From positions 608,001-672,000 of the forward strand of contig CAWHTE010000007.1 in assembly GCA_963832165.1 (NCBI GenBank): a stretch of 64,000 bases of DNA, in the 5' to 3' direction. Shown here in pieces: positions 20,662 to 30,729 of the stretch (positions are counted from its first letter, which is position 1; each line of letters opens with the position of its first letter). Origin of the DNA: an uncultured delta proteobacterium. GTDB taxonomy: Bacteria > Myxococcota_A > UBA9160 > SMWR01. The translations under genes were made by a program, and so were the position numbers. Below the pieces are notes generated by a model. It was not told the DNA's origin. It did no database searches and saw only the letters and a list, made by a program, of their open reading frames with translations.

Positions 20662-22127
20662 GCCGATCGCATCAACGCGCGCTGGCCGCCGCGGAAGTGG
20701 TGGACTCGGAAGCCCTCGCGGCGCATGTGGTCGGCGAGCTGCGCCGAGAGCAGGCCGTACTCGCACACGACCACGTAGCGCTGCGTGCGATCGAAGCTCG
20801 GCCACGCCGCGAGCGCGCTCGCGAAGTCGAGGTGGAGCGCCTTCGTGTGGTGACCGCTGCGGTACTGCTCGATCGGGCGCAGGTCGATCAGCACGGCATC
20901 CTCGGGCAGCGCCTCGACCGCGAGCTCCGCGTCGTCGAAGGCTTTCGGGTCGAGCGCCCGCAGATCGAACGACGTGCGCGCGGCGAGCGCGTCGCGCAGC
21001 GGATCGTCGGGGAGCCGCGCCTCCTCGGCCAACACCGCGTCGAGCCGCGCCTGCGTGGCGGGCTTGCTCGGCACGAGCGCGCAGTATTCGCCGACCGATT
21101 CCGAGAGCTCGTAGGTGCCGATCGCGCGCGCGCGGGCGAGGATCTCCGACTTGTCGAAGCCGACGAGCGGCCGCAGCACTGCGAGCGGCGTGGCGCGCGA
21201 CACGACGGCCAGGTTCGGCAGCGTCTGCGACGACACCTGCCCCACCGAGTCGCCCGTCACGATCGCCGATGCGCCGATCTCCTCGGCTACCGCCTCGGCC
21301 GCGCGCAGCATCTGACGCTTGAGCAGGATCTGCCAGTAACGCTTCGTCGTGTAGGCGCGCAGCGCCTCCGCGACCGGCTCGAAGTCGATCGCGTACAGGC
21401 GCGGACGCGATCCGTAGGACCAGTGCTCCGCGAGATGGATGGCCACGCGCATCACTTCGCGCAGGTGTGCGGCGCCGCCGAGATTGCAGAACACGAGATC
21501 GCATTCGACGCCGCGCTTCTGCATCTGCCAGGTCGCCACCGCGGAGTCGAAGCCGCCCGAGAACAGCGAGACCGCGCGGCCCTCGACGCCCAGCGGCAGA
21601 CCTCCCGGGCCCTGCGCGCGCTCGGTGAAGAACGACGTGGCGCGCTCCGTGAGCTCGAGGCGCACCGTCACCTCGGGGTTGTCGAGGTCGACGCCGGCTG
21701 CGTGCGGGAGCAGCGCCGCGCCGAGCTGGCGCTCCACTTCGCTCGCGCTCGCGGTGCTGGCCTCGCGGCGGCCGACGCGCCGCGCGCGCACGGCGAAGTG
21801 CCGGCCGCGCACGGCGTCCGCGAACAGCGCGGCGCCCATGCGCACGAGGTCGGGCAGCGCCGTGATCGCGTGGCGTTCGACGAGCGACAGCGACGACACG
21901 CCGAACACGCGCGCGAGCGGGTGACCTTCGAGGAGCGTGTGCGCGGGCAGCGAGGCGTACAGGCGGTCGTGCGAGATCTCGAGGTGGGGCGGCAGCCCCG
22001 AGCTCACGAGTGCGTCGCGCAGGTTCTGCACGAGCCGCTTGCGGAACTGCATGCGGGTCGGACGCGCCTTGATCCCGATCTCGCCCGACAGGCGCAGCAG
22101 CGCGAGCCGCGGAGTCTGCTCACCCAT
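20658..22127 (-). CDS. thiI: tRNA 4-thiouridine synthase ThiI with rhodanese domain
   Basis: GEIGIK, THUMP domain, GGLPLG, SGGFDS PP-loop, TGDSVGQVSSQTL, C-terminal rhodanese VCEYG. Confidence 0.93.
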   Translation of the reverse strand: MGEQTPRLALLRLSGEIGIKARPTRMQFRKRLVQNLRDALVSSGLPPHLEISHDRLYASLPAHTLLEGHPLARVFGVSSLSLVERHAITALPDLVRMGAALFADAVRGRHFAVRARRVGRREASTASASEVERQLGAALLPHAAGVDLDNPEVTVRLELTERATSFFTERAQGPGGLPLGVEGRAVSLFSGGFDSAVATWQMQKRGVECDLVFCNLGGAAHLREVMRVAIHLAEHWSYGSRPRLYAIDFEPVAEALRAYTTKRYWQILLKRQMLRAAEAVAEEIGASAIVTGDSVGQVSSQTLPNLAVVSRATPLAVLRPLVGFDKSEILARARAIGTYELSESVGEYCALVPSKPATQARLDAVLAEEARLPDDPLRDALAARTSFDLRALDPKAFDDAELAVEALPEDAVLIDLRPIEQYRSGHHTKALHLDFASALAAWPSFDRTQRYVVVCEYGLLSAQLADHMRREGFRVHHFRGGQRALMRSA

Positions 22128-22136
22128 CCGCCAACC

Positions 22137-22421
22137 CTAACTGCGGCCGCAGACGTTCGAGAGCACCGCGGAGAGCGCCACGAGACCCCAGAGCGCGAGG
22201 CCGCCGAAGCGCCGCAACATCAGTGCGGGCCCGTCTTCGGCGTCTTCGCCGGCCGGAACCGGCATCCCCGGCGCGACGGGAGACCCGACGCCCGCGCGCT
22301 CGCCACTCGCGGACAGCGGGCCGCCGCAGTGCAGGCAGCGGCGCGCCTCCGTGGGGAAGGTGACGCGGCAGCGGAAGCAGTAGACCTCGAACGGGGTCAG
22401 GGCGCCTTCGACTCGCTCCAT
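22137..22421 (-). CDS. Small zinc-ribbon membrane protein, hypothetical
   Basis: CFRC...CLHCGG plus C-terminal hydrophobic helix. Confidence 0.6.
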   Translation of the reverse strand: MERVEGALTPFEVYCFRCRVTFPTEARRCLHCGGPLSASGERAGVGSPVAPGMPVPAGEDAEDGPALMLRRFGGLALWGLVALSAVLSNVCGRS

Positions 22422-22438
22422 CGCCGACGATGGTACCT

Positions 22439-22482
22439 GAGCCGCGGAAGGCGGGATCCGCCTTCGGCTCCTCCCGCCCACG
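22439..22482 (-). repeat. REP family A copy (GTGG end)
   Basis: GAGCCGCGGAAGGCGGGATCCGCCTTCGGCTCCTCCCGCCC, identical to 2291-2331. Confidence 0.9.
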
Positions 22483-22487
22483 AGGTC

Positions 22488-22892
22488 CTACGAGCCGGCG
22501 AGCTCGTCCGCGGCGACCGCCTCGAAGCTCGCGAGGTCCGGGAACCAGAGCGTGGCGGTGCCGTCGTCGGCGAGGCGCTTGATCGAGGGCCGCGCGCGTT
22601 CGCCGAGCGCCGCGGCGATCACCTTCGCGACCTCGGCCGCGGCTTCGCCGGGCTCGGCGTCGAGACGCAGCGCTACGCGTCTGCCCCGACTCGCTTGTGC
22701 GAGCAGGTCGAACACGATCGTGCGCACGCCTTCGGGCTCGCCGACCTCCGCGGCCAGCGCGCCCAGCACGTCGCGCCACTGCAAGAGCTCGCGGCAAAGG
22801 GCCGGCCCGTGCTCGACGCCCGCACTCGAGACGCGCGGCTCTTCGAGCAGCTGGAGTCGGTATGCCAGGGGCGTGGACACGTGCTCCTGCAT
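22488..22892 (-). CDS. Hypothetical protein
   Basis: 134 aa ORF with protein-like composition filling the gap. Confidence 0.6.
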   Translation of the reverse strand: MQEHVSTPLAYRLQLLEEPRVSSAGVEHGPALCRELLQWRDVLGALAAEVGEPEGVRTIVFDLLAQASRGRRVALRLDAEPGEAAAEVAKVIAAALGERARPSIKRLADDGTATLWFPDLASFEAVAADELAGS

Positions 22893-22899
22893 ACAGATT

Positions 22900-22927
22900 G
22901 CATCGGCAAGAACCGGCCCGGAGTTGA
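22900..22927 (-). promoter_or_regulatory. Possible sigma28/FliA-WhiG-like promoter
   Basis: TCAAC-N15-GCCGATGC immediately upstream of ATG 22892. Confidence 0.3.
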
Positions 22928-23033
22928 TGCACAGATGGCTCGAAAGCGCCGGATTCGCTACTCCAGAACGCTCCTTTGGATTTGCGGGAACCCCGCAAAA
23001 CCCACCCTACCGATCACCCCGAGCAGGTCCCTC

Positions 23034-24122
23034 ATGCCCGATACCCCGCGCCGTCGTGTCGCGGTCGTCGGCGCCACCGGCGTCGCCGGCCAGCAGTTCC
23101 TGGTCGCCCTCGAGAACCACCCCTGGTTCGAGGTGACGACGCTCGCGGCGAGCGCACAGAGCGCGGGCAAGAGCTATCGCGAGGCGATCACCGAGGCGAG
23201 CGGACAGCTGCGCTGGAGCTGTGAGGAGAGCCTGCCCGCGTCGTTCGCGGATCGCCGCGTCGTGAACGCGGCCGACCTCGACGTGTCGGGCGTGGACCTG
23301 GTGTTCTCCGCGGTCGAGAGCGGCGCCGCGAGAGCGCTCGAAGAGCGCTATGCGCCGCACGTGCCCGTGGTGTCGACCTCGTCGGCGTTCCGCTACGAGG
23401 ACGACGTACCGATCATGGTTCCGGGCGTGAACCTCGAGCACGCGGTGCTCGTGAAGCGCCAGCAGCGCGAGCGCGCCTGGAAGGGCTTCGTGGTACCGAT
23501 CCCGAACTGCACCGCGACCGGCCTCGTCGTGGCGCTCGCGCCGCTCGCGCGCCACTTCGGCCTGCAGTCGGTGATCATGACCTCGATGCAGGCGCTCTCG
23601 GGCGCCGGTCGCGCTCCGGGCGTCCACAGCATGGACATCCTCGACAACGTGATCCCGTACATCGCGAAGGAAGAGGAGAAGGTCCAGACCGAGACCTCGA
23701 AGATCCTCGGCCGGCTGTCGGGCGACCGCGTGGAGCCGCTCGACCTGCCCGTGTCGGCGCACTGCAATCGCGTGAACGTGCGCGACGGGCATACCGAATG
23801 CGTGAGCGCAGGGCTCGGGCGCCGCGCCGACCCCGCGGAGGTCGTGGAGGTGATGCGCTCGTTCGGCCGCGAGTTCACCGATCTGGGCCTGCCTTCGGCG
23901 CCGCCCGAGTTGATCGCGGTGAGCGACGACCCGTACCGGCCGCAGCCGCGCATCGACCGCTACCGGAACAACGGCATGACCACAGTGGTGGGGCGGGTTC
24001 GACCCGACCCCGTTCTACCGAACGGGATCAAGTTCGTATTGCTCTCCCACAACACCAAGCTGGGGGCCGCGAAGGGGGCGTGCCTCGTGGCGGAATATCT
24101 GGTCCAGCAGGGACTCGCTTAG
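23034..24122 (+). CDS. asd: Aspartate-semialdehyde dehydrogenase (archaeal/fungal-like type)
   Basis: VVGATGVAGQQF, PNCT catalytic Cys, MQALSGAG, DNVIPYI..EEEK, CNRVNVRDGH, SHNTKLGAA. Confidence 0.95.
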   Translation: MPDTPRRRVAVVGATGVAGQQFLVALENHPWFEVTTLAASAQSAGKSYREAITEASGQLRWSCEESLPASFADRRVVNAADLDVSGVDLVFSAVESGAARALEERYAPHVPVVSTSSAFRYEDDVPIMVPGVNLEHAVLVKRQQRERAWKGFVVPIPNCTATGLVVALAPLARHFGLQSVIMTSMQALSGAGRAPGVHSMDILDNVIPYIAKEEEKVQTETSKILGRLSGDRVEPLDLPVSAHCNRVNVRDGHTECVSAGLGRRADPAEVVEVMRSFGREFTDLGLPSAPPELIAVSDDPYRPQPRIDRYRNNGMTTVVGRVRPDPVLPNGIKFVLLSHNTKLGAAKGACLVAEYLVQQGLA

Positions 24123-24281
24123 GAGCGCGCGGGGGGTGCGAAAACCCGCGAAAACTCTTGCCTCGGGGGTGGGAACTCGCCATTGTATGCGCGGCGCCGG
24201 GGGGTGCCGATGTCGCATTGTCGGCCCCCAATCGTGCGGGACGCTTCCACAATTTTTGAATCTGTCCCTTCCCAGGAGGAG

Positions 24282-24788
24282 ATGATGACCGTTCGAAATT
24301 TCTCACGTCTCGTCGGCGTGCTGGCGCTCTCGGTAGCGGCAAGCGCCTGGATGGGATGCAGCTCGACCCCGGAGAACGAGGGCGAGGGCACTGATACGGG
24401 CAGCGAGTTCCGCGAGGCGCCGACGCCCGAGGGGTCGGGCATGGAGGGGTCGGGCAAGCTGGCCGGCTTCCAGACCGTGTACTTCGACTACGACAGCGCG
24501 GAGATCCGCGAAGATTCGCGCGGAGGGCTGCGCCAGAACGCCGACAAGCTCAACGCGGGCAACCTCGGCGTCGTGACGGTCGAAGGCCACTGCGACGAGC
24601 GCGGCAGCACCGAGTACAACCTCGCGCTCGGCGAGCGCCGTGCGAACGCGGTGAAGCGATATCTCGTCGACCTCGGCGTGCCGTCGAACAATCTGCGCAC
24701 GGTGAGCTTCGGCGAAGAGCGCCCGGCTGTGCAGGGCCACGATGAGTCGGCCTGGCGCTACAACCGCCGCGGCGATTTCGTCAAATAA
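24282..24788 (+). CDS. pal: Peptidoglycan-associated lipoprotein Pal
   Basis: Lipobox WMGC, VYFDYDS, EGHCDERGSTEYNLALGERRA, SFGEERP, NRR. Confidence 0.93.
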   Translation: MMTVRNFSRLVGVLALSVAASAWMGCSSTPENEGEGTDTGSEFREAPTPEGSGMEGSGKLAGFQTVYFDYDSAEIREDSRGGLRQNADKLNAGNLGVVTVEGHCDERGSTEYNLALGERRANAVKRYLVDLGVPSNNLRTVSFGEERPAVQGHDESAWRYNRRGDFVK

Positions 24789-24812
24789 GACCCGCTAACG
24801 ACACTGTTCGCT

Positions 24813-24852
24813 GACGGGGGCTGCGCTCACGCGCAGCCCCCGTCGTCTATTT
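24813..24852 (+). terminator. Stem-loop after pal
   Basis: GACGGGGGCTGCGC-TCAC-GCGCAGCCCCCGTC (14-bp stem). Confidence 0.7.
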
Positions 24853-24918
24853 AGCCGGGTTTGACCGCCTCGTCTGCGCGGTGATACCGTCGAGAACCCT
24901 TTCTCGACGAGGTATTCC

Positions 24919-26562
24919 ATGGCCGACGTTCACGGCGGCATTCTCGCGGGTCGCGCTCTCAAGGCGGCTGGCGTCGAGTGCATCTTCACTCTGTGCGGCG
25001 GCCACATCATGCCGCTCTACGCGGGCTGCCAGGAGCAGGGCATCCGCATCATCGACGTGCGCCACGAGCAGGCCGCGGTCCACGCGGCGGATGCCTGGGC
25101 GCGCTGCAACCCGGGCAAGATCGGCGTCGCGGCGATCACCGCAGGCCCCGGCGTCACCGACGGCGTCACGGGCATCGCGAACGCGTGGCGCGCGAACTCG
25201 CCGATCCTCGTGTTCGGCGGTCAGGGGCCGTTCGAGAACCTGCGACGCGGCTCGCTCCAGGAGATGGACCACATCGGCGTCGTTCGTCCGATCACCAAGT
25301 ACGTCGACGCGATCTATCAGACCCACCGCATCCCCGAGTACATCGAGCTCGCGATCCGCCACGCGGTGTCCGGCATCCCGGGGCCCGCCTATCTCGAGAT
25401 CCCGATGGACGTGTTCATGGGTCAGGTGCCCGAGGACAAGATCTACATCCCGCGCATCCGCACCGCGGCGCCGCGCCTATCGCCTGTCCGCGAAGACGTA
25501 CGCGAGGCGCTCGCGCTGCTGCGCGGCGCGCAGCGGCCGATGCTGATGGCCGGCACGAGCGTGAAATGGTCGCAGGCCTCCGCGGCGATGAACCGGTTCA
25601 TCTCCGAGACGCACATGCCCGCCTACACGAACGGCATGGGCCGCGGCACCGTGCCGCCGACCTCGCCCGAGTTCCTGAATCGCTCGCGGCGCGATGCGCT
25701 CAAGGCGATCGACTGCATCGTGCTCGCGGGCACGCTGCTCGATTTCCGGATGGCGTTCGGCAAGACGATTCCCGAAACCGCGAAGATCATCCAGCTCGAC
25801 ATGGACGCGACGCTGATCGGCCAGAACCGCCAGGCCGACGTCGGCCTCGTCGGCAATCTCGCGTGCACGTTCGAGCTGCTGCTCGAGGAGATGAAGAACA
25901 CGGGCACGCAGCTCGACTTCTCCGGCTTCCGCGACGAGCTGCGTGCGATCGAGGTGAAGGCCGAGGAGAAGGTAGAGGCCGCGCTGAATAGCGACGAGAG
26001 CCCGGTCGATCCGCAGCGCATGTGCCGCGAAGTGCGCGACTGGCTCGACACGCTCGACGATCCGATCGTGATCGGCGACGGCGGCGACATCGTCGCAACT
26101 GCGGCGAAGATCATCCCCGTGAAGCGCGAGGGCGCGTGGATGGATCCGGGCCCGCTCGGCACGCTCGGCGTCGGCATGCCGTTCGCACTCGCGGCGCAGG
26201 CGAGCAACCCGGACAAGCGCGTCGTGATCATCTACGGCGACGGCAGCTTCGGGCTCAACGGCTTCGAGTACGACACGGCGGTGCGCTTCAACCTGCCGAT
26301 CATCGGCATCGTCGGCAACGACGCGGCCTGGGGCCAGATGATGCGGCCGCAGGGTGCGATCTACGGCATGTTCGACAGCACGCTGCTCAATCCGACGCGC
26401 TACGACAAGGTGGTCGAGGCGCTCGGCGGACACGGCGAGCTGGTCGAGCGGCCCGAGCAGCTGCGGCCCGCGCTCGAGCGCGCCGCGGCGTCGGGCAAGC
26501 CCGCGTGCATCAACGTGATGATCCGCCAGGACCGCGCGTACAAGGGCGGCATCTACGTGTAG
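24919..26562 (+). CDS. ThDP-dependent enzyme (acetolactate synthase-like / 2-hydroxyacyl-CoA lyase family)
   Basis: FTLCGGHI, RHEQAA, TAGPG, LQE, GTLGVG, GDGSFG...GNDAAWG. Confidence 0.88.
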   Translation: MADVHGGILAGRALKAAGVECIFTLCGGHIMPLYAGCQEQGIRIIDVRHEQAAVHAADAWARCNPGKIGVAAITAGPGVTDGVTGIANAWRANSPILVFGGQGPFENLRRGSLQEMDHIGVVRPITKYVDAIYQTHRIPEYIELAIRHAVSGIPGPAYLEIPMDVFMGQVPEDKIYIPRIRTAAPRLSPVREDVREALALLRGAQRPMLMAGTSVKWSQASAAMNRFISETHMPAYTNGMGRGTVPPTSPEFLNRSRRDALKAIDCIVLAGTLLDFRMAFGKTIPETAKIIQLDMDATLIGQNRQADVGLVGNLACTFELLLEEMKNTGTQLDFSGFRDELRAIEVKAEEKVEAALNSDESPVDPQRMCREVRDWLDTLDDPIVIGDGGDIVATAAKIIPVKREGAWMDPGPLGTLGVGMPFALAAQASNPDKRVVIIYGDGSFGLNGFEYDTAVRFNLPIIGIVGNDAAWGQMMRPQGAIYGMFDSTLLNPTRYDKVVEALGGHGELVERPEQLRPALERAAASGKPACINVMIRQDRAYKGGIYV

Positions 26563-26657
26563 GGCGGATTAGCGAGCGAAGCGAGCGTAATCCGCCGCTT
26601 TCTCGAGGCTACGCGTAAGCAATGGCGGATTACGGCCTTTGGCCTAATCCGCCCTAC
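26559..26657. repeat. Inverted REP doublet (REPIN/BIME-like)
   Basis: GTAGGGCGGATTAGC...TAATCCGCC followed by inverted GGCGGATTA...TAATCCGCCCTAC. Confidence 0.88.
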
Positions 26658-26659
26658 GG

Positions 26660-29440
26660 ATGATGGGTATGCGGGAGCTCGAACCGAGCGAGGCCGGGCT
26701 CGATCTCGCGGCGCTCGCTCGGCTCGTCGCGGCGGTCGGACCGCTCGCGATCATCGACTTCGAGACGACGGGCCTGCCCGAGGAGGGCGGCGCGGAGCCG
26801 ATCGAGGTCGGCGTCGTGCTCGTCGATACCGATCGCGCGCGTGTGTTCGAGGCGCGGATCCGCCCGCGCGGACGTGTCCCGCGTGCGGTCACGGCGCTCA
26901 CGGGTCTGCGCGACGCGGATCTCGCCGACGCGCCGCGCATCGAGTCCGTGGCACCCGTGCTGCTCGAGGTGCTCGCGGGTCGCACGCTCGTGGCACACAA
27001 CGCCGATTTCGAGCGCTACTTCCTCACGCGCTTCGTCTCGCCATCGTTCGCGCGCGCGAGCTATCTCGATACCCAGGACCTGTTCGCGCTCGCGTTCCCG
27101 GACGCACCCGATCTGCGCCTGGACACGCTGGCCGAGCGCGAGCTCGGCCGGCACGCGCGTCACCGCGCGCTCGACGACGCACTCGACACCGCGCGCCTGA
27201 TCTCACGCCTGGGCTCGGACGCGCACAGCGGCGGTGCGCGCGCGTCCGCCGCGCGCGCTGCGCTCGACGCGTTCGCGCCCGACGAGCCGTGGGCGGCGCT
27301 GCTCGATGCGCCGGGTCTGCCGCCCGAGCCGCCGCCCGATCTCCAGTACATCGCGATCCCGCCCACGCGCGAGCCGCGTGTGCCGTTCGACGCCGACGCG
27401 ATCGCCGCGGCGCTCGGCGACGAGGCGCGCGGCCGCCGCCATTTTCCGCGCTACCGCGTGCGCGCGGCGCAGATCGCAATGACGCGCGAGTTCGTGCGGC
27501 TGCTCGACGGCGGCGGGCGCCTGCTGCTCGAGGGAGGCACCGGCGTCGGGAAGTCGCTCGCCTATCTCGCTGCGGCGATCCCGTTCGCGATCGAGCGCGC
27601 GGCCGGCGGCGTGCGCGACCCCGTGATCGTGTCTACGCGCACGAAGGTGCTCCAGGATCAGCTGCTGTCGCACGACATCTCCGCGGCCGCGGCGCTGCTC
27701 GGCTACCCGGACCTGCGCGCGCTATCGATCAAAGGCCGCGCGAACTACCTGTGCCAGCGGCGCACGCAACAGGTGCTCGCGGAGGGGCGCCAGCTTGGCA
27801 TCGATCCGCGCGATCAGCTCGCCTACGCCGCGCTCGCGGCGTGCGCGCGGCTGCGCGCGCACGGTGAAGTGGGCACGTTGCCCGGTGCATTGTTCTCGCG
27901 CTTCCCCGCGCTGCGCGATCTGCGGCGGCGCGCGGTCGCGCCGCGTGCGGAGCACTGCACGCGCGAGCAGTGCGCTGCGGAGCCCGCGTGCCCGCTCGGT
28001 CGCCGGCGTGCCGCACTCGCTCGCGCGCAGCTCGTGGTGGCCAACCACGATCTGCTCTTGCGCTGGCCGCCCGACTACCCGGGCTTCACGCACGTGATCG
28101 CCGACGAGGCGCACGAGCTCGCGGGCGTCGCCGACGAGGCCTATGCGATCGAGCTGCGGCCCGAGGATCTGTTCGAGCGGATCGACGAGCTGTTCGGCGG
28201 GCCGACCCGGCGCACACCCCCACTGCTCTCGCCGCGTACGGGCGGCGATCCGCGCGTCGTGCGCGGCGAGATCGCGGAGGAGCTGCGCGCGCTCGCGCGC
28301 GAGCTCGCACCGCGCGCGAGCGAGTTCGCGGAGGTGCAGCTGCCCGCGCACGCGCCGCGCGTGCTGCCCGGCGCTGCTGCGATCGCGGCGCGCACGGCCG
28401 CGCGCCTCGACGACCTCGCCGACCTCGCATCCGCGCTCGACGCCGAGCGCGACGCCGAGGATGCGCTCTCCGATCAGATCGAGCGCGGCGCCGGCGAGCT
28501 GCGCGATGCCGCTGGCGCGCTGCGCGCCGCGTTCACCGAAGACGACGCGGTAGTCGCGGCGTTCGAGGGGCTCGTCGAGCCGTTCGATCGCTGGCGCATG
28601 GTGCTGCGCCAGGTGTCGCCCGCAGCGAGCTTTCACGGCGAGCTGCTCGACAAGCTCGAGGCGTTCGCGTGCGTGTCGGCGAGTCTGTTCGTGGGGCGCG
28701 ATCCATTCGCGGCGCTCGGCGACCTCGAGGTGGAGACGCGCGAGGCGGTGAGCTGGCGCGCGGAGTTCGAGAGCCCGTTCCCGTACGCGTCGCACATGCG
28801 CGCCGTCGCACTCTCCGACGTCGGGGATCCCGTCGAGCTCACCACCGCCGTGCTCGCGGACCTCGCGCGCGCGCTCGGCGGCCGCACGCTCGGCCTGTTC
28901 ACGAGCCTGCGCCGCATGCGCGATGTGCAAGAGCGGCTCGCCGTCGAGCTGCGGCCCGACGGCATCGAGGTGTGGATGCCGCGGCGCGCCACCGACGATC
29001 CGGGTGCGCTCGTGGAACGCTTCCGCCGTGCGGGTGGCGGAGGAGTGCTGCTCGGGTCGCGCACGTTCTGGCAGGGAATCGACGTGCCGGGACCCGCGCT
29101 CGAGGCGGTCGTGATCGAGAAGCTGCCGTTCGAGGTGCCCACCGAGCTGCGCCGGCGCCGCGAGTCGCGCGTGCGCGACGCGGGCGGCGACGCGTTCGAG
29201 GTCTCCACGCTCGGCAAGATGCTCTTGAACCTGAAGCAGATGGTCGGGCGGCTGATCCGCAGCGAGGACGACCGCGGTCTGGTCGTGGTCGTGGACTCGC
29301 GCCACGAGCGGCCCTACTTCGAGCGCATCTCCGCGGCGCTGCCGCCGGGCTGCGGCTTCTCGCTCGCGACGCGCGCGGATCTGCCGGCGATCGTGGCGGA
29401 GCTGGGTCTCGGCATGCCGGGCAACCCGCAGCAAGGCTGA
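26660..29440 (+). CDS. DEDDh exonuclease-DinG family helicase fusion
   Basis: DFETTG, HNADFE, HRALDDA; GGTGVGKS, KGRANYLC, CTREQC...C, DEAH, LFTS, GIDVPG, KLPF, QMVGRLIRSEDD. Confidence 0.92.
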   Translation: MMGMRELEPSEAGLDLAALARLVAAVGPLAIIDFETTGLPEEGGAEPIEVGVVLVDTDRARVFEARIRPRGRVPRAVTALTGLRDADLADAPRIESVAPVLLEVLAGRTLVAHNADFERYFLTRFVSPSFARASYLDTQDLFALAFPDAPDLRLDTLAERELGRHARHRALDDALDTARLISRLGSDAHSGGARASAARAALDAFAPDEPWAALLDAPGLPPEPPPDLQYIAIPPTREPRVPFDADAIAAALGDEARGRRHFPRYRVRAAQIAMTREFVRLLDGGGRLLLEGGTGVGKSLAYLAAAIPFAIERAAGGVRDPVIVSTRTKVLQDQLLSHDISAAAALLGYPDLRALSIKGRANYLCQRRTQQVLAEGRQLGIDPRDQLAYAALAACARLRAHGEVGTLPGALFSRFPALRDLRRRAVAPRAEHCTREQCAAEPACPLGRRRAALARAQLVVANHDLLLRWPPDYPGFTHVIADEAHELAGVADEAYAIELRPEDLFERIDELFGGPTRRTPPLLSPRTGGDPRVVRGEIAEELRALARELAPRASEFAEVQLPAHAPRVLPGAAAIAARTAARLDDLADLASALDAERDAEDALSDQIERGAGELRDAAGALRAAFTEDDAVVAAFEGLVEPFDRWRMVLRQVSPAASFHGELLDKLEAFACVSASLFVGRDPFAALGDLEVETREAVSWRAEFESPFPYASHMRAVALSDVGDPVELTTAVLADLARALGGRTLGLFTSLRRMRDVQERLAVELRPDGIEVWMPRRATDDPGALVERFRRAGGGGVLLGSRTFWQGIDVPGPALEAVVIEKLPFEVPTELRRRRESRVRDAGGDAFEVSTLGKMLLNLKQMVGRLIRSEDDRGLVVVVDSRHERPYFERISAALPPGCGFSLATRADLPAIVAELGLGMPGNPQQG

Positions 29441-29452
29441 GGCGCTCCGAAC

Positions 29453-30181
29453 ATGGAAGACGAAATCGCGCTCACGCGTTGGTCGATTCCGAAGATCGCG
29501 CTCACGATTCTGCTCGTGTTCGCCGCCTCGGGGTTCGTGATGCTGTGGCTGTTCGCGGGCGCCCCCGCGCTCCAAGCCGACGAGGTCAACCCCGCGACGC
29601 TCGGTCCGGCGTTCGTCGCCCTGCTGCGCGCGGCGCTCGTCGCGGAGATCGCCACGCTCGTCGTGCTCGGAGTGATCGTGTCCATCGTCGAACCGCGGCC
29701 GTGGAAGCTCCTGGGCCTCGAGCCCGTTTCGATATCGACCTTTCTCACCTGGTCCGCGGCCGCCCTCGCCTTCACGATGATCTTCAATGGCATCGTGCGA
29801 CCTCTCGGATACGAGTCATTGGACTTCCGTCTCTCGGACGCCCTCTCGTCGAACGAGAGCCGAATGCTGCTGTTGGCGACCGGTGCCCTGGGCGTGATCT
29901 CCTCGGAGCTCTACTACCGCGGCTTCCTGTTCGGTGCCCTCCGCTCGCGAGGCATCGGCGTTGTCTGGTGCGCGTTCTGGGCGACGCTCCTGTACGCCTG
30001 GGGTACGTCGATCGGGCCCGAACGCGGCGGACACGCATTCGGGTATCAACTCGTCATCGGGTCCCTGCTCGCCTGGGCTCGCGCTCATTCCGGGTCGGTC
30101 CTGCCGCCGCTCGGCATGCACGCCGCCGCGACCTTGCTCGACACCATCGAGATGCTGCTCGCGAGCGGCGGCGGCACGTGA
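29453..30181 (+). CDS. CPBP/CAAX intramembrane protease-like protein (degenerate EExxxR)
   Basis: Multiple TM helices, SELYYRG, SGSVLPPLGMH. Confidence 0.7.
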   Translation: MEDEIALTRWSIPKIALTILLVFAASGFVMLWLFAGAPALQADEVNPATLGPAFVALLRAALVAEIATLVVLGVIVSIVEPRPWKLLGLEPVSISTFLTWSAAALAFTMIFNGIVRPLGYESLDFRLSDALSSNESRMLLLATGALGVISSELYYRGFLFGALRSRGIGVVWCAFWATLLYAWGTSIGPERGGHAFGYQLVIGSLLAWARAHSGSVLPPLGMHAAATLLDTIEMLLASGGGT

Positions 30182-30690
30182 TGCGCGTTCGAGACGAGAT
30201 CGCGGCGGATCACTCTGCCGTTCACGCCGTGCTCGCGGCGGCGTTCCCCTCCGATGCCGAGGCTCGGCTCGTCGACGCGCTGCGCGGGCGCACGGAACCG
30301 CAGGTGTCGCTGGTGGCGGTCGATTCATCCGATCGCGTCATCGGCCACATTCTGTTCACGCCCGTCGAGATCCGCGATGGCGCTCATCGCTCGCGCGCGA
30401 TGGGGTTGGCACCGCTGGCCGTCTCACCGGAGTGCCAGCGCACGGGCATCGGCTCGGCGCTCGTCGCTGCAGGACTGTCGGCGTGCGCAGCGGCCGACGA
30501 GCACGTCGTGGTGGTCCTGGGTCACCCCGACTACTACCCGCGCTTCGGTTTTCGGCGCGCCTGGGATTTCGGGCTCTATTACGGCTCTCCTGGGCCGAAT
30601 CCCGCGTTCATGGTGTGTGAGATGGAGCACGGTGCGCTCGGCGGTCGCAACGGAGAAGTCGTGTATCACGCCGCGTTCGGATCGCTGTAG
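30181..30690 (+). CDS. YhbS-like GNAT acetyltransferase
   Basis: EARLVDALR, GHILFTP, LAPLAVSP..QRTGIG, VLGHPDYYPRFGF. Confidence 0.92.
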   Translation: MRVRDEIAADHSAVHAVLAAAFPSDAEARLVDALRGRTEPQVSLVAVDSSDRVIGHILFTPVEIRDGAHRSRAMGLAPLAVSPECQRTGIGSALVAAGLSACAAADEHVVVVLGHPDYYPRFGFRRAWDFGLYYGSPGPNPAFMVCEMEHGALGGRNGEVVYHAAFGSL

Positions 30691-30729
30691 AGCTTGGCTA
30701 TCGTCCGGAATCGACGAGGGAGGATCGCG

